From a virus, in IMG/VR virus record IMGVR_UViG_3300033553_000338, positions 32,001 to 96,000 of that record: DNA of 64,000 bases. One strand, written 5' to 3'. The notes under the pieces are model-generated. The model ran no database searches. It saw only the letters and a list, made by a program, of their open reading frames with translations, and had not been told where the DNA came from. Below are positions 51,152 to 61,346 of this stretch, in pieces; position 1 is the stretch's first letter, and each line of letters starts with the position of its first letter. Position numbers and translations under genes: made by a program.

Positions 51152-51229
51152 TTTTACATCAATCACATTTGTATAACACTTCTTAATGCCTAAAACTTTT
51201 TGGTGTTTCGGAGTTAAATCCATCACATT

Positions 51230-51670
51230 ATGGAATCAATCGTACAGTTAGAAAGCGTAGTCTCAAGGACTGAACTTTCAAATGCTTTGGCATATTTAAT
51301 TGCGGCCAATCGGAAGGTCGAAGTTTCCGATGAGTTAATTAATGACATTGCTGATTTTACTGACTTGCTTTGTGAGGGTAAGATCGTAGAGGTTAAACCT
51401 AACGAAGGACGTGCTAAGCGTAGCCTTTCAGATACCAAGGATTATTGGCTGTTTAGTTTGAAACGGGATAATGGGCAACCCCTCATTATTCGTGGCAAAG
51501 ATTCTCTAGGTAACCCAATAGCCTATCTTGCATTTGGGCTTGCGTTGGATACTGGTGGTCCTCACCTTAGGGATATTGTCCGGATGATTCGATTTGTCAT
51601 CAACGGACGGACCAACAAGCTGAAAAGAGAATTCTTTAACGAATCCTCACCACTGATAATATGGGAATAG
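51230..51670 (+). CDS. hypothetical protein
   Basis: 146 aa, start of a coupled gene run. Confidence 0.65.
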   Translation: MESIVQLESVVSRTELSNALAYLIAANRKVEVSDELINDIADFTDLLCEGKIVEVKPNEGRAKRSLSDTKDYWLFSLKRDNGQPLIIRGKDSLGNPIAYLAFGLALDTGGPHLRDIVRMIRFVINGRTNKLKREFFNESSPLIIWE

Positions 51671-51990
51671 ACGAAATACAATATGGCAAGGGCTCTTATG
51701 CTCTTGCCCTTACCATTCACGGGTCTCTGGGTCAATCAGCTACACAGTTTTATGCAATTGTAGAGGACAAGATGTTATTCTTTAGGCATAACAAATCAAT
51801 CCGCATTACTCAGAATCCTACAAAGGAAAAGTTTACGGAGTTCATTGACAGTCTTCGTGATATTACCTCGACTGAAGGTATTAATACTGAACTGCTCATT
51901 GAGGAAATTGAGGATGGTCGTGAAATTGTTCGGAAGCTCAAGAAGCTAACGAGAGTATTAACCCTTGATCTGGTAAACCATGGTAGCTGA
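51661..51990 (+). CDS. hypothetical protein
   Basis: 109 aa, overlaps both neighbours. Confidence 0.6.
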   Translation: MGIDEIQYGKGSYALALTIHGSLGQSATQFYAIVEDKMLFFRHNKSIRITQNPTKEKFTEFIDSLRDITSTEGINTELLIEEIEDGREIVRKLKKLTRVLTLDLVNHGS

Positions 51991-52273
51991 GTTCATCAAG
52001 GATGCCACAGGCATTCTGGTATCGGAAGATATCGCAAAGTTCTGTTCTGATGAGTTGGTATGTGAGGTTTGTGATATTTTACAGTCTCGTGACCTTTCAG
52101 ACGCAGGGGAGTTGGACATCAAGATCGTGTGTTTGTCTACCTCGTTACATCTGCTAATAAAGGATGAATCGTGCAAGGTTGTATTAGATGAGGAGATCCC
52201 TTATGCTGATATGAGACATTCAAGGGTACATCTTCAGTTTTCAGATAATTGCTTAACCTTAAAATCAAAGTGA
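51980..52273 (+). CDS. hypothetical protein
   Basis: 97 aa, coupled. Confidence 0.6.
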   Translation: MVAEFIKDATGILVSEDIAKFCSDELVCEVCDILQSRDLSDAGELDIKIVCLSTSLHLLIKDESCKVVLDEEIPYADMRHSRVHLQFSDNCLTLKSK

Positions 52274-52680
52274 TGGGACACATAGCTTACTCTAAACGAA
52301 ACAAGCAAGTTTTAACCAACTGTATAGTACCTTACCCACTAGAGCCCGGAGATGTTGAGTTCGAGGTGAATGAGCGTGGCTTCATAAAAGTGGCTGTTGA
52401 TGGTACTTCTTTCAAAGGAACCGTTGAACAGTTCAAAGACTTGATAAGCAAACCTTCAGCCAGTCAACCTTCAAACACTGTATATTTCCTGCTGGGTGAA
52501 ATCGCTGTACGAACTTATCGTATGGGTGGTGCCGGGCAGGTGATCTCTCAAAACATCCCTTACAAAGTCTCTGCATTTACGGAGAAGGTGACGGATGTTG
52601 CCCAGTTACTCAACCTGGTGTTTTCGTATCGTTTTTACGTGAACATTACCGAGAGTGAGTTTAACCTTCTTAGTGAATAA
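52273..52680 (+). CDS. hypothetical protein
   Basis: Probable start MGHIAY (TGATG coupling). Confidence 0.6.
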   Translation: MGHIAYSKRNKQVLTNCIVPYPLEPGDVEFEVNERGFIKVAVDGTSFKGTVEQFKDLISKPSASQPSNTVYFLLGEIAVRTYRMGGAGQVISQNIPYKVSAFTEKVTDVAQLLNLVFSYRFYVNITESEFNLLSE

Positions 52681-52737
52681 CTCTGACATAATACCCCTGG
52701 AGCCTTTAAGGTGAAGGGGGCTATAAATTAGCTGGTT

Positions 52738-53460
52738 ATGGAATACAATGACTTAATATTTTTTGATGGGAAAGTTTTCCCACGTTTTCGAGCACCTTCT
52801 GGTAAATTAGGGGGTACTTGTATGTTACGGCTTCATAAGGAGGTCTGGTATTTGTGCAATTATGGTGAAGGTATTAAAGATCACTTCCCCGATATGTTGG
52901 GATTTACTCATGCCCTTCACGTAGCACCCTACCTGAATCTGATGGACTTCCTCCATAAGTTTGCACTTGACACTGACGATGCCCGTCAATTATCTGTCAT
53001 CACACGCGCAGTCTTGATGAATAATCGTCAGATTATCCTGGATTTTTTCGGGGAAAACAATGAGTTTGACGGGAAACCTTTGACTGTTTCTCAAATATTT
53101 ACCCGGTACATGAATGGGAATGTTCACCAGTGTATGGCGCACTTAGATGGTCGATACTGCGATAACGAGTTTATGGACATTGAGCTTAATGGAGTTTATC
53201 CGCTTAAGGGATTTAAAGTCAATAAGATTGATATAGATGTCCCTTGCAGTGCATGTCCATTTTTTTCCAAAGATAATTTTGCGGACTTTTTTGGAATTAC
53301 CCAGGAGCAAACATACCTGTCCTTAAAGGCACTGAATGCCCCGGGAACAGTCACTGTGGAAACCTTCAATGAGATTCTGGGTATAGATCTTCCTGGAAAG
53401 CCAGAGTTCGATTCTCATTTATCTTCATCAAGTATGCTTTTTAACGTCCCTAAAATTTAA
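52738..53460 (+). CDS. hypothetical Cys-containing protein
   Basis: 240 aa, CSACPF, ends LFNVPKI. Confidence 0.65.
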   Translation: MEYNDLIFFDGKVFPRFRAPSGKLGGTCMLRLHKEVWYLCNYGEGIKDHFPDMLGFTHALHVAPYLNLMDFLHKFALDTDDARQLSVITRAVLMNNRQIILDFFGENNEFDGKPLTVSQIFTRYMNGNVHQCMAHLDGRYCDNEFMDIELNGVYPLKGFKVNKIDIDVPCSACPFFSKDNFADFFGITQEQTYLSLKALNAPGTVTVETFNEILGIDLPGKPEFDSHLSSSSMLFNVPKI

Positions 53461-53464
53461 ACCT

Positions 53465-54247
53465 ATGATAACAACTCCCAAGGAAATCTTAAAATTGGAC
53501 GGGTCTCATGTTACATTTGATTTTGCAGAAGCTAAAGATATTCCAGGTATACTGATCTTTGGAGAAGGTGAAATTGTAATTGCAAATAATCAATTTCAAT
53601 CTGGCTTCACTTCAAATGACCTTGGTGGATATAAGTACACTGTACTTGTGTTTAGTTATCTTCACCCTGATATAGAACGTGCTAATACCGCTGAGAAATT
53701 CAAGGATGTCTTGAGTAATGCTTACAATATTAAATTTGTTGACCGTCCCCGGATGGCTGCAGTTGAACGGGCACATGCTACCAGAAGGTTATGGGAATTG
53801 ACATCCTATGATGCCTTTCTTGCAAATGAGGACTATTCAGATTCAGAGTACTACATGGCTGAGTTCTTTATAGGACATCTGGATCTTAAGCCAGTAGGTA
53901 AATGTTCATTGAAGGATACTGAATTGATCTGTGATAAGTCTTTCTGCCATAAGTGTGTATTTCAGGGAAGCATAGATACCTTGTGTAACAAGTTTCTTCT
54001 GAATCCATCAATTTTACTGGAGCTGGATGATATGGCCGTAATGACCAGGGGAGGAGCTTCTTACCTTGAGGATATGCATAACTTGATGATAGGCTCAGAC
54101 TTTTTTGACTGGGCTGTACCTCTGCCCGTGGACCCTTCAGGAATTGGAGATCCTGTAATAATGCACAGCTCTCCTGAGTGTGATCTGATCACATCCCCAG
54201 GATCTGAACAACCAGAAATTAAACTATTTAATGTCCCAAAATTATAA
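53465..54247 (+). CDS. hypothetical Cys-containing protein
   Basis: 260 aa, CHKCVF, ends LFNVPKL. Confidence 0.65.
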   Translation: MITTPKEILKLDGSHVTFDFAEAKDIPGILIFGEGEIVIANNQFQSGFTSNDLGGYKYTVLVFSYLHPDIERANTAEKFKDVLSNAYNIKFVDRPRMAAVERAHATRRLWELTSYDAFLANEDYSDSEYYMAEFFIGHLDLKPVGKCSLKDTELICDKSFCHKCVFQGSIDTLCNKFLLNPSILLELDDMAVMTRGGASYLEDMHNLMIGSDFFDWAVPLPVDPSGIGDPVIMHSSPECDLITSPGSEQPEIKLFNVPKL

Positions 54248-54253
54248 TTTGTT

Positions 54254-54691
54254 ATGGAAAATTTAAAATTAGTAGATGCCGTATGTACTCAGCTTGAGGA
54301 CATCTCAACCAAAGCATTGGTTAACAAGTTTTTTGAAATTCAGATTCAGGAGTTTGATCGTGGTTTAGTCATGCTGGAGGCAAACCTGAAGTCCATGAAG
54401 ATCCTTCACACTACCCAGCTTGCAAGTACTGAGTATGATATCGAGGATGCTGAGAAAGCCCTCACACAATCGTACCTGCATGTGGATCTAGACAGAATTG
54501 GTACAAACGCTGATGCCAAAAAGTACATGAGTGCTTACTGGGCAAGTGTCAACGCTGCGAAGGATTCCTTGAAAGCCTTGAAATTAGCGAAAAAGGAAGC
54601 TATCGCTACCTACGAACAGGAGGTCAAGGAAGTTGAGGAAAACATTAAAAATCACAAGGAACGTATCCTGATTATCAAATCTTGGAAATAA
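54254..54691 (+). CDS. coiled-coil hypothetical protein
   Basis: 145 aa, heptad-rich. Confidence 0.65.
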   Translation: MENLKLVDAVCTQLEDISTKALVNKFFEIQIQEFDRGLVMLEANLKSMKILHTTQLASTEYDIEDAEKALTQSYLHVDLDRIGTNADAKKYMSAYWASVNAAKDSLKALKLAKKEAIATYEQEVKEVEENIKNHKERILIIKSWK

Positions 54692-54754
54692 AACTTAGAG
54701 AGTCCACCGGCTGTATGGTTGGTGGTCTCACTTAGTAACCCCAATTAGACTGAT

Positions 54755-54928
54755 ATGAACTACCTAGATATTGCAATTAATGTGGCTAAGCTGTACGGGG
54801 ATTTACATCCTGGTAAAACTCAGTATACCTACATAAGGGAAGGTAAGAAGGCAGATCGTAATGGGCCATGCCCCTGTGGGAGTGGAAAGAAGTATAAAAG
54901 ATGCTGTAGGGGCAGCAACAAAAAATAA
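54755..54928 (+). CDS. SEC-C motif (Zn-binding) small protein
   Basis: 57 aa, below track cut-off; RNGPCPCGSGKKYKRCC. Confidence 0.8.
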   Translation: MNYLDIAINVAKLYGDLHPGKTQYTYIREGKKADRNGPCPCGSGKKYKRCCRGSNKK

Positions 54929-54933
54929 CAATT

Positions 54934-55305
54934 ATGGAACTATCTGAAAGAGATGAAAATAGGGGGATAACAAGGGTAATGGTTGTTGGGAGCCCTACAT
55001 GCGGGTCACACTTAGCACATTTGGGTAGAGTTTTGGAAACTGAGGGAATGTTACTTGTTGGTTGTTGTTTAGACCCCGATGATATGAGGATGAAATCATT
55101 ACATTACACAGAACCTCAAGTTGCTCCTGGTGATTTACAAACAGCTTTAATTGACTTAGGATTAAGGGACGTTCCTATCGAATCTGCACCTCCTGCTAGT
55201 GGGTCATTGGAACCCCTGATGCCAAAGATGATTACCCTGAATCCGTACCCATTAACCCGTGCCCAGCGCAGAAAAAATGCAAGGAGTACCAAGAAAAGAA
55301 AATAA
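54934..55305 (+). CDS. hypothetical protein
   Basis: 123 aa, basic C-terminus LTRAQRRK. Confidence 0.55.
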   Translation: MELSERDENRGITRVMVVGSPTCGSHLAHLGRVLETEGMLLVGCCLDPDDMRMKSLHYTEPQVAPGDLQTALIDLGLRDVPIESAPPASGSLEPLMPKMITLNPYPLTRAQRRKNARSTKKRK

Positions 55306-55329
55306 CACATCACAAAAATAACCAACACA

Positions 55330-56322
55330 ATGGAAAACGATAAATTAAAGCAATTGTGCGACATCGCATTAGTACTTAACCCGGTTAAATCCCTTGAAAG
55401 GAATGATGTCCGGCTTACCGTCCTGGAAATTCTAGTAGCTGAGAAGCTGGGAATTTCTGGATTTGAGCTTCTTGGAACTGCCCGTCTCCACGATGGGGGT
55501 ATTCTTTTTGACAACCTTCGTTATTGGGAAATTTTGATGGAACGTACCGGGTTCAAGTACACCTACATTCATGACTTTGAGAAGAAAGTTCACAATCCTA
55601 GAACACGCTACACTGTTATGAAAGTGATCAATGACTGTTATGACTTAGTGAGTACCCATTCTCATTTGGTGACCAGCGAGTTGATTGAAAATACAACAAT
55701 GGATGTTGCCAGGTATTTAAGAAGAGTATGCCTTCAGGACTTTATTGACTCCAATGTCAAGCTCCATGAATTTCATACTAACCTAGTCAGCCCGATCATT
55801 GAGATGGTTTTTGCAACTAATCTCACCGAACCCAACCCTGTTGACAAGGTAAGTATTGACGAATTGTCCAAACTCCCGGGAACTAAAGTTACAGAGCCGG
55901 TAGCTGTGGAGAAGGAAGTAAAAGGCAAGCGGAAGTATACCCCTAGAAAATCTAAAGGTGGCCAGCTGGACCCTATTACCTCAGATATAGTACCCGGTAT
56001 ACCCGGTGATACCAAACCTGCTAATGAAGGTCCACCGATATTCTGCACTACGTCATTGGTGAATAAGCCCAAAGCAACCCCTGCAGAACCTCCGGCACCT
56101 GTACGTGGGATCCCAGGTGAGCGTAATGAAGTCATTACAGAAGTTGATGTGTCTTCCCCAGACGCTGAACTCCCTCAACCCCCAACAATAGGGACTGCAC
56201 AGGAACTACATGAGGAAACGGTAGGATTTGGTAGAGCATCTGGTAGGATTAACAGCCGGGCCAATCGTATAAAACAACTTAGCAAGCACCCATCGGTGTT
56301 TCTCTCTTTAAACCCACAGTAA
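55330..56322 (+). CDS. hypothetical protein with Pro-rich disordered C-terminus
   Basis: 330-aa ORF. Confidence 0.65.
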   Translation: MENDKLKQLCDIALVLNPVKSLERNDVRLTVLEILVAEKLGISGFELLGTARLHDGGILFDNLRYWEILMERTGFKYTYIHDFEKKVHNPRTRYTVMKVINDCYDLVSTHSHLVTSELIENTTMDVARYLRRVCLQDFIDSNVKLHEFHTNLVSPIIEMVFATNLTEPNPVDKVSIDELSKLPGTKVTEPVAVEKEVKGKRKYTPRKSKGGQLDPITSDIVPGIPGDTKPANEGPPIFCTTSLVNKPKATPAEPPAPVRGIPGERNEVITEVDVSSPDAELPQPPTIGTAQELHEETVGFGRASGRINSRANRIKQLSKHPSVFLSLNPQ

Positions 56323-56507
56323 TGACCGACTACGGAGTACAAAGACTGGCTTTGGTACTTGCTGTTCAAGCAGAGGTAGAAGGTATGAAGGCTGAAAATT
56401 TAATCCGGGAGCAGCAGAATCTCTCACCTGCCTACGGAAGAGATAATTTTGAAGAAATGTCTGGAAGATTAACCAATTTAGCTTATTCAAATGATGACCA
56501 ACTTTAA
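56322..56507 (+). CDS. small hypothetical protein
   Basis: TAATG-coupled 61-aa ORF. Confidence 0.6.
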   Translation: MTDYGVQRLALVLAVQAEVEGMKAENLIREQQNLSPAYGRDNFEEMSGRLTNLAYSNDDQL

Positions 56508-57483
56508 TGCATTTGATTACGACCGCTATATTGTAGCATTTTCCGGAGGTAAAGACAGTGTAGCGTGTTTTTTACATTTGATTCAACTCGGTATCCCTTT
56601 GGAAAAAGTTGAACTTTGGCACCATCGGATCGATGGGCATGAGGGATCCAACTTAATGGATTGGCCGGTGACCGATGACTACTGCCGAAAGTTTGCAAAA
56701 GCTTTTGGGGTACCTATCTACTATTCTTGGAAAACTGAAGGATTTGAAGGGGAGTTACTTCGGGAAAACCGGAAGACTCTGCCCAATCGATTTGAGTATC
56801 CTGCGGAAGATTCCATTGTTGAGTGTGGATTGGTTGGAGGTGTTCGGGGAAAGGACTCCACCAGGAGATTGTTTCCCCAAGTTACCGCGAACCTGTCACA
56901 ACGTTGGTGCAGTGCCTATCTGAAAATCGATGTTGCTTCAGCTGCGCTGAATAACCAGAAACGATTCCACAACAAGCGGACCCTATTTATTACCGGGGAA
57001 CGTGCTGAGGAATCAACTGCCCGGGCACATTATGCAGTGTTTGAACCACATCGATGTGATGCCCGTAATGGAGTGAAGAAACGATGGGTTGACCATTGGA
57101 GACCGGTACATTCCTGGGGTGAGCCTCAGGTTTGGGATATTATAGAACGTGCCAATGTTTTACCACATCCGGCTTACCGGCTAGGGTGGGGGAGACTATC
57201 TTGTATGTTCTGTATCTTCGGATCTGATAACCAGTGGAAGTCTGCTCACGAGGTTGACCCTCAACGAGTGCAACGGATTATCCAGTATGAACAAGAATTC
57301 GGTAAAACCATTCATCGCAAGCTGAGTGTTATCGAACGAATATCTAAAGGAGTAGCCCACTGTAAAGATTGGGATCGAGAGCTTATCGCTCTGGCCTTGT
57401 CGGATACTTACACTGAAAGCATCTTTGCTGAAGAGTGGGAACTTCCCATTGGAGCCTATGGTGAGAACGCTGGACCTACTTAG
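56491..57483 (+). CDS. PAPS reductase-family (PP-loop, Fe-S) protein
   Basis: VAFSGGKDS, RWCSAYLKI, TGERAEES..R, HPAY.LGWGRLSCMFC. Confidence 0.85.
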   Translation: MMTNFNAFDYDRYIVAFSGGKDSVACFLHLIQLGIPLEKVELWHHRIDGHEGSNLMDWPVTDDYCRKFAKAFGVPIYYSWKTEGFEGELLRENRKTLPNRFEYPAEDSIVECGLVGGVRGKDSTRRLFPQVTANLSQRWCSAYLKIDVASAALNNQKRFHNKRTLFITGERAEESTARAHYAVFEPHRCDARNGVKKRWVDHWRPVHSWGEPQVWDIIERANVLPHPAYRLGWGRLSCMFCIFGSDNQWKSAHEVDPQRVQRIIQYEQEFGKTIHRKLSVIERISKGVAHCKDWDRELIALALSDTYTESIFAEEWELPIGAYGENAGPT

Positions 57484-57516
57484 TTATCAGGTATAACCTC
57501 TAATATTACAGAATTC

Positions 57517-57798
57517 ATGATCTTTCGATACGCATTAAGGAATCAGCAGAAGATTGCTCAGAAGCTGGGAAACCACGTTCTTTTGGACCTTCGTAAGTCC
57601 CTTGACGGGTACTTTTCCAAGGATCAGGAATTGGTGGTTAAGGAGTTCCCTGACATTAAACCTGGGGTAGCTATGAAAGGACTTCTGGTAAAGTCATCTA
57701 AAGATGAACCAGTTACCCATACTTTTCTGATTACACGAATTACTTTTAACGTATATAATTTAGCCTATTATGGTACAAACAGCAATATTGGCGGGTAA
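57517..57798 (+). CDS. hypothetical protein
   Basis: 93-aa ORF. Confidence 0.55.
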   Translation: MIFRYALRNQQKIAQKLGNHVLLDLRKSLDGYFSKDQELVVKEFPDIKPGVAMKGLLVKSSKDEPVTHTFLITRITFNVYNLAYYGTNSNIGG

Positions 57799-58453
57799 AA
57801 CAGTTGCCCTGAAGATCGTCCCTGATAATGACTGCAGAAGCCCTCGGGAAGATGATGAGGGTATTTTGGGGACAATGGTGTACACTTCCTCAGACTATGT
57901 GCTTGGAGATAAGAGGATATCTGATCCCATTGAATTTCTCATCGATATCTTAGGGTACAGCTATGACACGTATAGTGAGTACCTTTCCTCAAAGTTTGAG
58001 AGGGCTAGTGATATACTGGCATATCTGGAGGATAAGTTTGAAAAGAAATTTGTTGTTCATAAGTTGTATCTGTATGATCATTCAGGGATAACCATGAGTA
58101 CAAGTCCTTTCTCCTGCCGCTGGGACTCTGGCCAGGTAGGTTACATTTATGCTTCTCTGGAACGATACAATGAGTTGACCTGCAATAAGCATAAACGATT
58201 GACCAAAACTTTACGCAATAAAATCCTTGAGGAATTGAAGGGGGAGGTAAAAACTTTTGACGACCACCTCACAGGTAGCGTCTATGGATTTGAAATCAAT
58301 GAGGTTGATGAGGATGGGGATGAATTAAACTTCATCGATTCCTGTTACGGCTTCTACGGAGATGAGTGGTTTAAAAATGGGATGTCTGATTATGTCCCGG
58401 ACGAGCTTCACCAACTTCTGAAAGATGTTGAAATAACTTATAGCAATAGCTAA
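57770..58453 (+). CDS. conserved phage hypothetical protein (YDHSG...WDSGQVG)
   Basis: LYDHSGITMS, WDSGQVGYIY, DSCYGFYG motifs. Confidence 0.65.
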   Translation: MVQTAILAGKTVALKIVPDNDCRSPREDDEGILGTMVYTSSDYVLGDKRISDPIEFLIDILGYSYDTYSEYLSSKFERASDILAYLEDKFEKKFVVHKLYLYDHSGITMSTSPFSCRWDSGQVGYIYASLERYNELTCNKHKRLTKTLRNKILEELKGEVKTFDDHLTGSVYGFEINEVDEDGDELNFIDSCYGFYGDEWFKNGMSDYVPDELHQLLKDVEITYSNS

Positions 58454-58635
58454 TGACAGTCAATGAATTGATTACAGCCCTGCAACTCCTTAAGCCCAGC
58501 TTACGGGATAAACCGGTGTTTATCGTTGCTCCTAATGGACTGAAGTTTGAGCCAAAGCCAAAATGTCTTTTAGGTAAAGGTAAAAACTACTGGGATGAAG
58601 ATGCAGTTGAAAGTGTTCTACTAACTTACGAATAA
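58453..58635 (+). CDS. small hypothetical protein
   Basis: MTVNELITALQ N-terminus, common in phage small proteins. Confidence 0.55.
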   Translation: MTVNELITALQLLKPSLRDKPVFIVAPNGLKFEPKPKCLLGKGKNYWDEDAVESVLLTYE

Positions 58636-58636
58636 T

Positions 58637-58662
58637 GGAGAGGGGTATAATTTCCCCTCCCC
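58637..58662. terminator. hairpin between convergent genes
   Basis: GAGGGG...CCCCTC-type stem. Confidence 0.5.
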
Positions 58663-58671
58663 ACTTATTTT

Positions 58672-60282
58672 CTATAGGTCACTGAAGGCATCATCGCTGG
58701 TCTCCATTTCCTCCTTACCGGTGATCATACACTCTGTAGTGAGGATCATCCCTGCAACTGAGGAAGCATTGAGTAAAGCATTCTTTGCAACCAATGAAGG
58801 GTCAATTACTTTGGTGATTAGCATATCTCCAAAGTCACCAGTCCGTAGGTTCAGGCAAGAATGTATATCTCCCTTAAGAATCATTTCAGCAGCAGAGCCG
58901 ATGGCGTTCTTTTTGCCGGCATTTGTAAGAATGCACTGAAAGGGAGCATGTAATGCTTGCTTCATGATTTCCCAGGCGATAACGTCATGGGTGTTTGAGC
59001 TATTGTAGCTTAATACTGAAGCAGCTCTCAGGTAAGTGGCACCACCACCGGGCACAACTCCGTCTTGGATAGCCGAACGACAGGCCGCGAGAGCATCGTC
59101 AATCCGGTCAATCTTTTCGCGGATCTCAAATTCGGAGTATGCTCCAACATTGATTGTTGCAATACCCCCGGTGAACTTCGCGTAACGCTGACGGTTTTTC
59201 TTCAAGTCAAACTCATCATCTGATGAGGCTACTTGTTTTTCGATAATCTCTTTACGCAGAGCCTTAAGCTCATTGCTACCATGTCCACCAATAATGGTGG
59301 TTGAGTTTTCGGTAACGATTACTTTCTCAGCTGATCCCAGGTACACAGATTTAAAGGATCCCAACAGATAACCTCTGTCCGGGGCAAATACAGTTGCACC
59401 GGTCATAGCTGCTATGTCATCCAAAGTCTCAACGCGGTAGGAACCGTGTTCCGGTGTATGAGTAGCACAAATTTCTACAGCTCCTTTCATCCGGTTTAGG
59501 ATAAGGTTGTTTAATACTTTCTGATCGTACTCATTGGCAATGATCAGTATAGGTCTTTTTTGCTCTTTGGCATAAGTAAGTACCTGGACAATTTCAGCTA
59601 CCTTTTCAATCTTTGCCTGGCACACTAAGATCAATGGGTCTTTAAGGATACACTGTTTTTTGTCCGGAGTATTGGAAAACTGACTGTTAAGGAATCCTTT
59701 CATGTACTCCAGACCATCGGTGAAGGTCACAGTTGTTTCAAAAGATGAGGATTCACCCAGTTCAATGACCCCCTGGTATCCAATACGGGAATAGGCCTGG
59801 TAGATTAGGTTTCCGATCTCTGTATCATTGTTCGCGGATATTGTGGCCACTTCACGCAGGATGTCCAGGTCTACCGGACGTTTTACACGGTCGATAAACT
59901 CTACAATCTCCTGAACTCGCAGGTCGATGCAACGCTTAAGCTCGACAGGATTGACATCTTTTTTCAGTGCCTCCATGCCCAGCTTGGTGATTGCATGTGC
60001 TAAAACCGTAGCAGTGGTTGTACCGTCACCGGCATCATCGGAAGTCCTGGAAGCTACCTCCTTTACAATGTTAGCTCCAAGGTTCTCAAAGGGATCCTCA
60101 AGGGTAATACTTCGGGCCACAGTCACACCGTCTTTGGTAATGTGGGCTTTTCCGGAGTTTCTTTCAATAATCACATTTCGTCCCATAGGCCCTAAGGTGA
60201 CTGAGACTGCCTTTGCAAGGATGGTCAATCCACGAAGGATTGCTTCCCTTGACTCATCGTTGAATTTAATTTGTTTTGCCAT
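58672..60282 (-). CDS. groEL: chaperonin GroEL
   Basis: Start MAKQIKF at 60282; VTLGPMGRNV, ITKDGVTVA, AGDGTTTATVLA, GVVPGGG. Confidence 0.97.
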   Translation of the reverse strand: MAKQIKFNDESREAILRGLTILAKAVSVTLGPMGRNVIIERNSGKAHITKDGVTVARSITLEDPFENLGANIVKEVASRTSDDAGDGTTTATVLAHAITKLGMEALKKDVNPVELKRCIDLRVQEIVEFIDRVKRPVDLDILREVATISANNDTEIGNLIYQAYSRIGYQGVIELGESSSFETTVTFTDGLEYMKGFLNSQFSNTPDKKQCILKDPLILVCQAKIEKVAEIVQVLTYAKEQKRPILIIANEYDQKVLNNLILNRMKGAVEICATHTPEHGSYRVETLDDIAAMTGATVFAPDRGYLLGSFKSVYLGSAEKVIVTENSTTIIGGHGSNELKALRKEIIEKQVASSDDEFDLKKNRQRYAKFTGGIATINVGAYSEFEIREKIDRIDDALAACRSAIQDGVVPGGGATYLRAASVLSYNSSNTHDVIAWEIMKQALHAPFQCILTNAGKKNAIGSAAEMILKGDIHSCLNLRTGDFGDMLITKVIDPSLVAKNALLNASSVAGMILTTECMITGKEEMETSDDAFSDL

Positions 60283-60354
60283 ATTATAACTAGAATTATT
60301 ATCTAGTAAGAATATAATCAAAAATTGTCGTATAATCAATCTTAATTATTACTT

Positions 60355-61014
60355 TTGAAGCATTTTATCATGGAATATAAAGAACTCGAAGAACTTGTAA
60401 AAGCCGAAAAGGTTGAGTATATCATCATGGCTGATGGGACTAAAGCCAGGTTATTCATTTCAAACATGGATCGCCTTTGCAGATTTAAACCCAAATCTTC
60501 CAGAAGAGGGTATGTCCTATCCGAAGTTGATGTTAACACACTTCAGGCAATTGTGTACCTGAAAGAAAAAACCCAGGAGGATCTGGATAAAGATGAATTC
60601 AAGCTCATCTCAAAATACCGGAAGCTTGCGGAGAAATCCAGCTTCACAAATCCCTTTATTGAGGATTGTCGGTTTCTTCCTGCCACTTTGGAAGAGTGGG
60701 TTAAGCAAGGTAAGAAGAGCCTGTATGACTATCGTATCACCACTGGAAACCGGATTGATGGGAAGGTTATTACGCTTGACAAAATTTTCAGACTGTACCC
60801 AGAGGCAGTAAACTCCTTCAGGGATGCCATTAGAAAGAAAAGGGAAAGTAGGCATTCAGGTCCTATGGATGGGTATGATATGACAATCAGTACCCAGAAG
60901 AGGGGAGATGGTACCTTTGTAGGGTACCTTGCTATGGAGTTCAAGGGATGTGCCAATGGTTATTACTATGCCCTAATCAATGACAATACTTTTATAGGTG
61001 TTGATGTTGATTAA
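60355..61014 (+). CDS. hypothetical protein
   Basis: 219 aa, C-terminal EFKGCANGYYY. Confidence 0.65.
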   Translation: MKHFIMEYKELEELVKAEKVEYIIMADGTKARLFISNMDRLCRFKPKSSRRGYVLSEVDVNTLQAIVYLKEKTQEDLDKDEFKLISKYRKLAEKSSFTNPFIEDCRFLPATLEEWVKQGKKSLYDYRITTGNRIDGKVITLDKIFRLYPEAVNSFRDAIRKKRESRHSGPMDGYDMTISTQKRGDGTFVGYLAMEFKGCANGYYYALINDNTFIGVDVD

Positions 61015-61023
61015 TTTTAGGGT

Positions 61024-61326
61024 ATGGATAGGATAAAAGAGTTAGTAGAACTTATAGCTATTTCAATTTTTCTTAGCCCTTGTACAGATGAAGAATTATG
61101 TGATAGGGAATTTCTAAATAATATATGCCTGGGCAATGTGCAAAGGCTTATTATGAGGTTAGAAAAAGAGAAAGCAATTTATTATAAAGGGGAAACTATG
61201 CACATTTACAGATCCTGGGCCAAGAAAAACTTAAAAGGACATGATCTTGATTTCCGCACAGAGAAGGAAAAATACTTGGATGGTATGACTACTTTTGCAC
61301 GTGAAGTTTATAAGGGTAACTTTTGA
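61024..61326 (+). CDS. hypothetical protein (possible wHTH)
   Basis: 100-aa ORF. Confidence 0.55.
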   Translation: MDRIKELVELIAISIFLSPCTDEELCDREFLNNICLGNVQRLIMRLEKEKAIYYKGETMHIYRSWAKKNLKGHDLDFRTEKEKYLDGMTTFAREVYKGNF

Positions 61327-61346
61327 GAAACTATTGCAAATTTTTA

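Noticed and set aside
56491-60282. Host chromosomal DNA or prophage boundary at groEL and the PAPS reductase
   Set aside because: Both are embedded among phage-type hypothetical genes, groEL has no adjacent groES operon, and no integrase or att site is visible.
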